Source: Thermoplasmata archaeon
GTDB taxonomy: Archaea; Thermoplasmatota; Thermoplasmata; Thermoplasmatales; ARK-15
Direction: 5' to 3'
Assembly: GCA_023261745.1 (NCBI GenBank)
Contig: JAGDXR010000056.1
Location: 1 to 39,126 of the forward strand
Length of the DNA stretch: 39,126 nt
Position numbers and translations under genes: made by a program. The notes below the pieces were generated by a model. The model saw nothing but the letters and a program-made list of their open reading frames with translations. It ran no database searches and was not told the DNA's origin. Positions 38,853 through 39,126 of this stretch are shown here, one piece after another; positions within the stretch are counted from its first letter, which is position 1; each line of letters begins with the position of its first letter.

Positions 38853-38868
38853 AGAATTTTCCTTTCAG

Positions 38869-39126
38869 TGTACAGTCCCGAATTATTTGATCATAAAAAG
38901 CTTGTGGTCGGATATGGGCTACAGGAAACTTACTTTACGCAAAATCACCTATATCATTAACTCCAGAAAAAGAGGATCTAGCATAAGACAGATAGCCATG
39001 GATCTTAAAATAAGTCAATCTACTGTTAAAAGGGTATGGAAGTATTATCTGGATACTGGTGAAAAATTGATCATTAAAGATGGAGGCAGGAAGATGAAAG
39101 AAATTAATCCTGATGAGGAGAAAATT
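38869..39126 (+). mobile_element. Left end of an IS481-like insertion sequence (truncated by the window edge)
   Basis: Begins TGTACAGTCCCGAATTATTTG (5'-TGT end) 45 nt before an HTH-bearing ORF. The catalytic domain and right end lie outside the window. Confidence 0.6.
38914..39126 (+). CDS. Transposase N-terminal HTH (partial; not in the ORF track)
   Basis: MGYRKLTLRKITYIINSRKRGSSIRQIAMDLKISQSTVKRVWKYYLDTGEKLIIKDGGRKMKEINPDEEKI: an HTH followed by a GR motif, open to the window end. Confidence 0.72.
   Translation, partial: MGYRKLTLRKITYIINSRKRGSSIRQIAMDLKISQSTVKRVWKYYLDTGEKLIIKDGGRKMKEINPDEEKI

Noticed and set aside
1-39126. CRISPR arrays, tRNA or rRNA genes
   Set aside because: Intergenic gaps are short and AT-rich, with no spaced direct repeats or cloverleaf-like GC-rich segments, including downstream of rpsJ. 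This was checked by eye only.

Overview
This is an AT-rich archaeal chromosomal segment. EF-1alpha, S10, ArcS, NurA/HerA/Mre11/Rad50 and Thermoplasmata-style surface repeats suggest a Thermoplasmatota, probably thermoacidophilic, host; this is inferred, not database-checked. Left part: the 3' end of an IS200/IS605 tnpB element with its omegaRNA-like right end, an MFS transporter, and a minus-strand run of iadA, a riboflavin-pathway reductase, a metallophosphoesterase, a 1668-aa helical-repeat protein with a C4HC3 RING-like finger, and arcS. Middle: a tungsten AOR, fumC, a ~225-bp internally deleted IS605 derivative, and a membrane/ferritin/ABC cluster. Right part: a complete nurA-herA-mre11-rad50 operon, a 1510-aa surface S53 peptidase with an inserted GH18-like domain, a split VirD4/TraD-like ATPase fused to wHTH and PD-(D/E)xK nuclease domains, an SDR, truD, a radical SAM gene, rpsJ, tuf, and the left end of an IS481-like element. 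I saw no rRNA, tRNA or CRISPR array. The best novelty candidates are the coupling-ATPase/nuclease fusion next to the S53-GH18 surface enzyme and the DNA end-resection operon, the giant RING-tipped repeat protein, and the omegaRNA-only mini-element. All family assignments come from motif recognition by eye.
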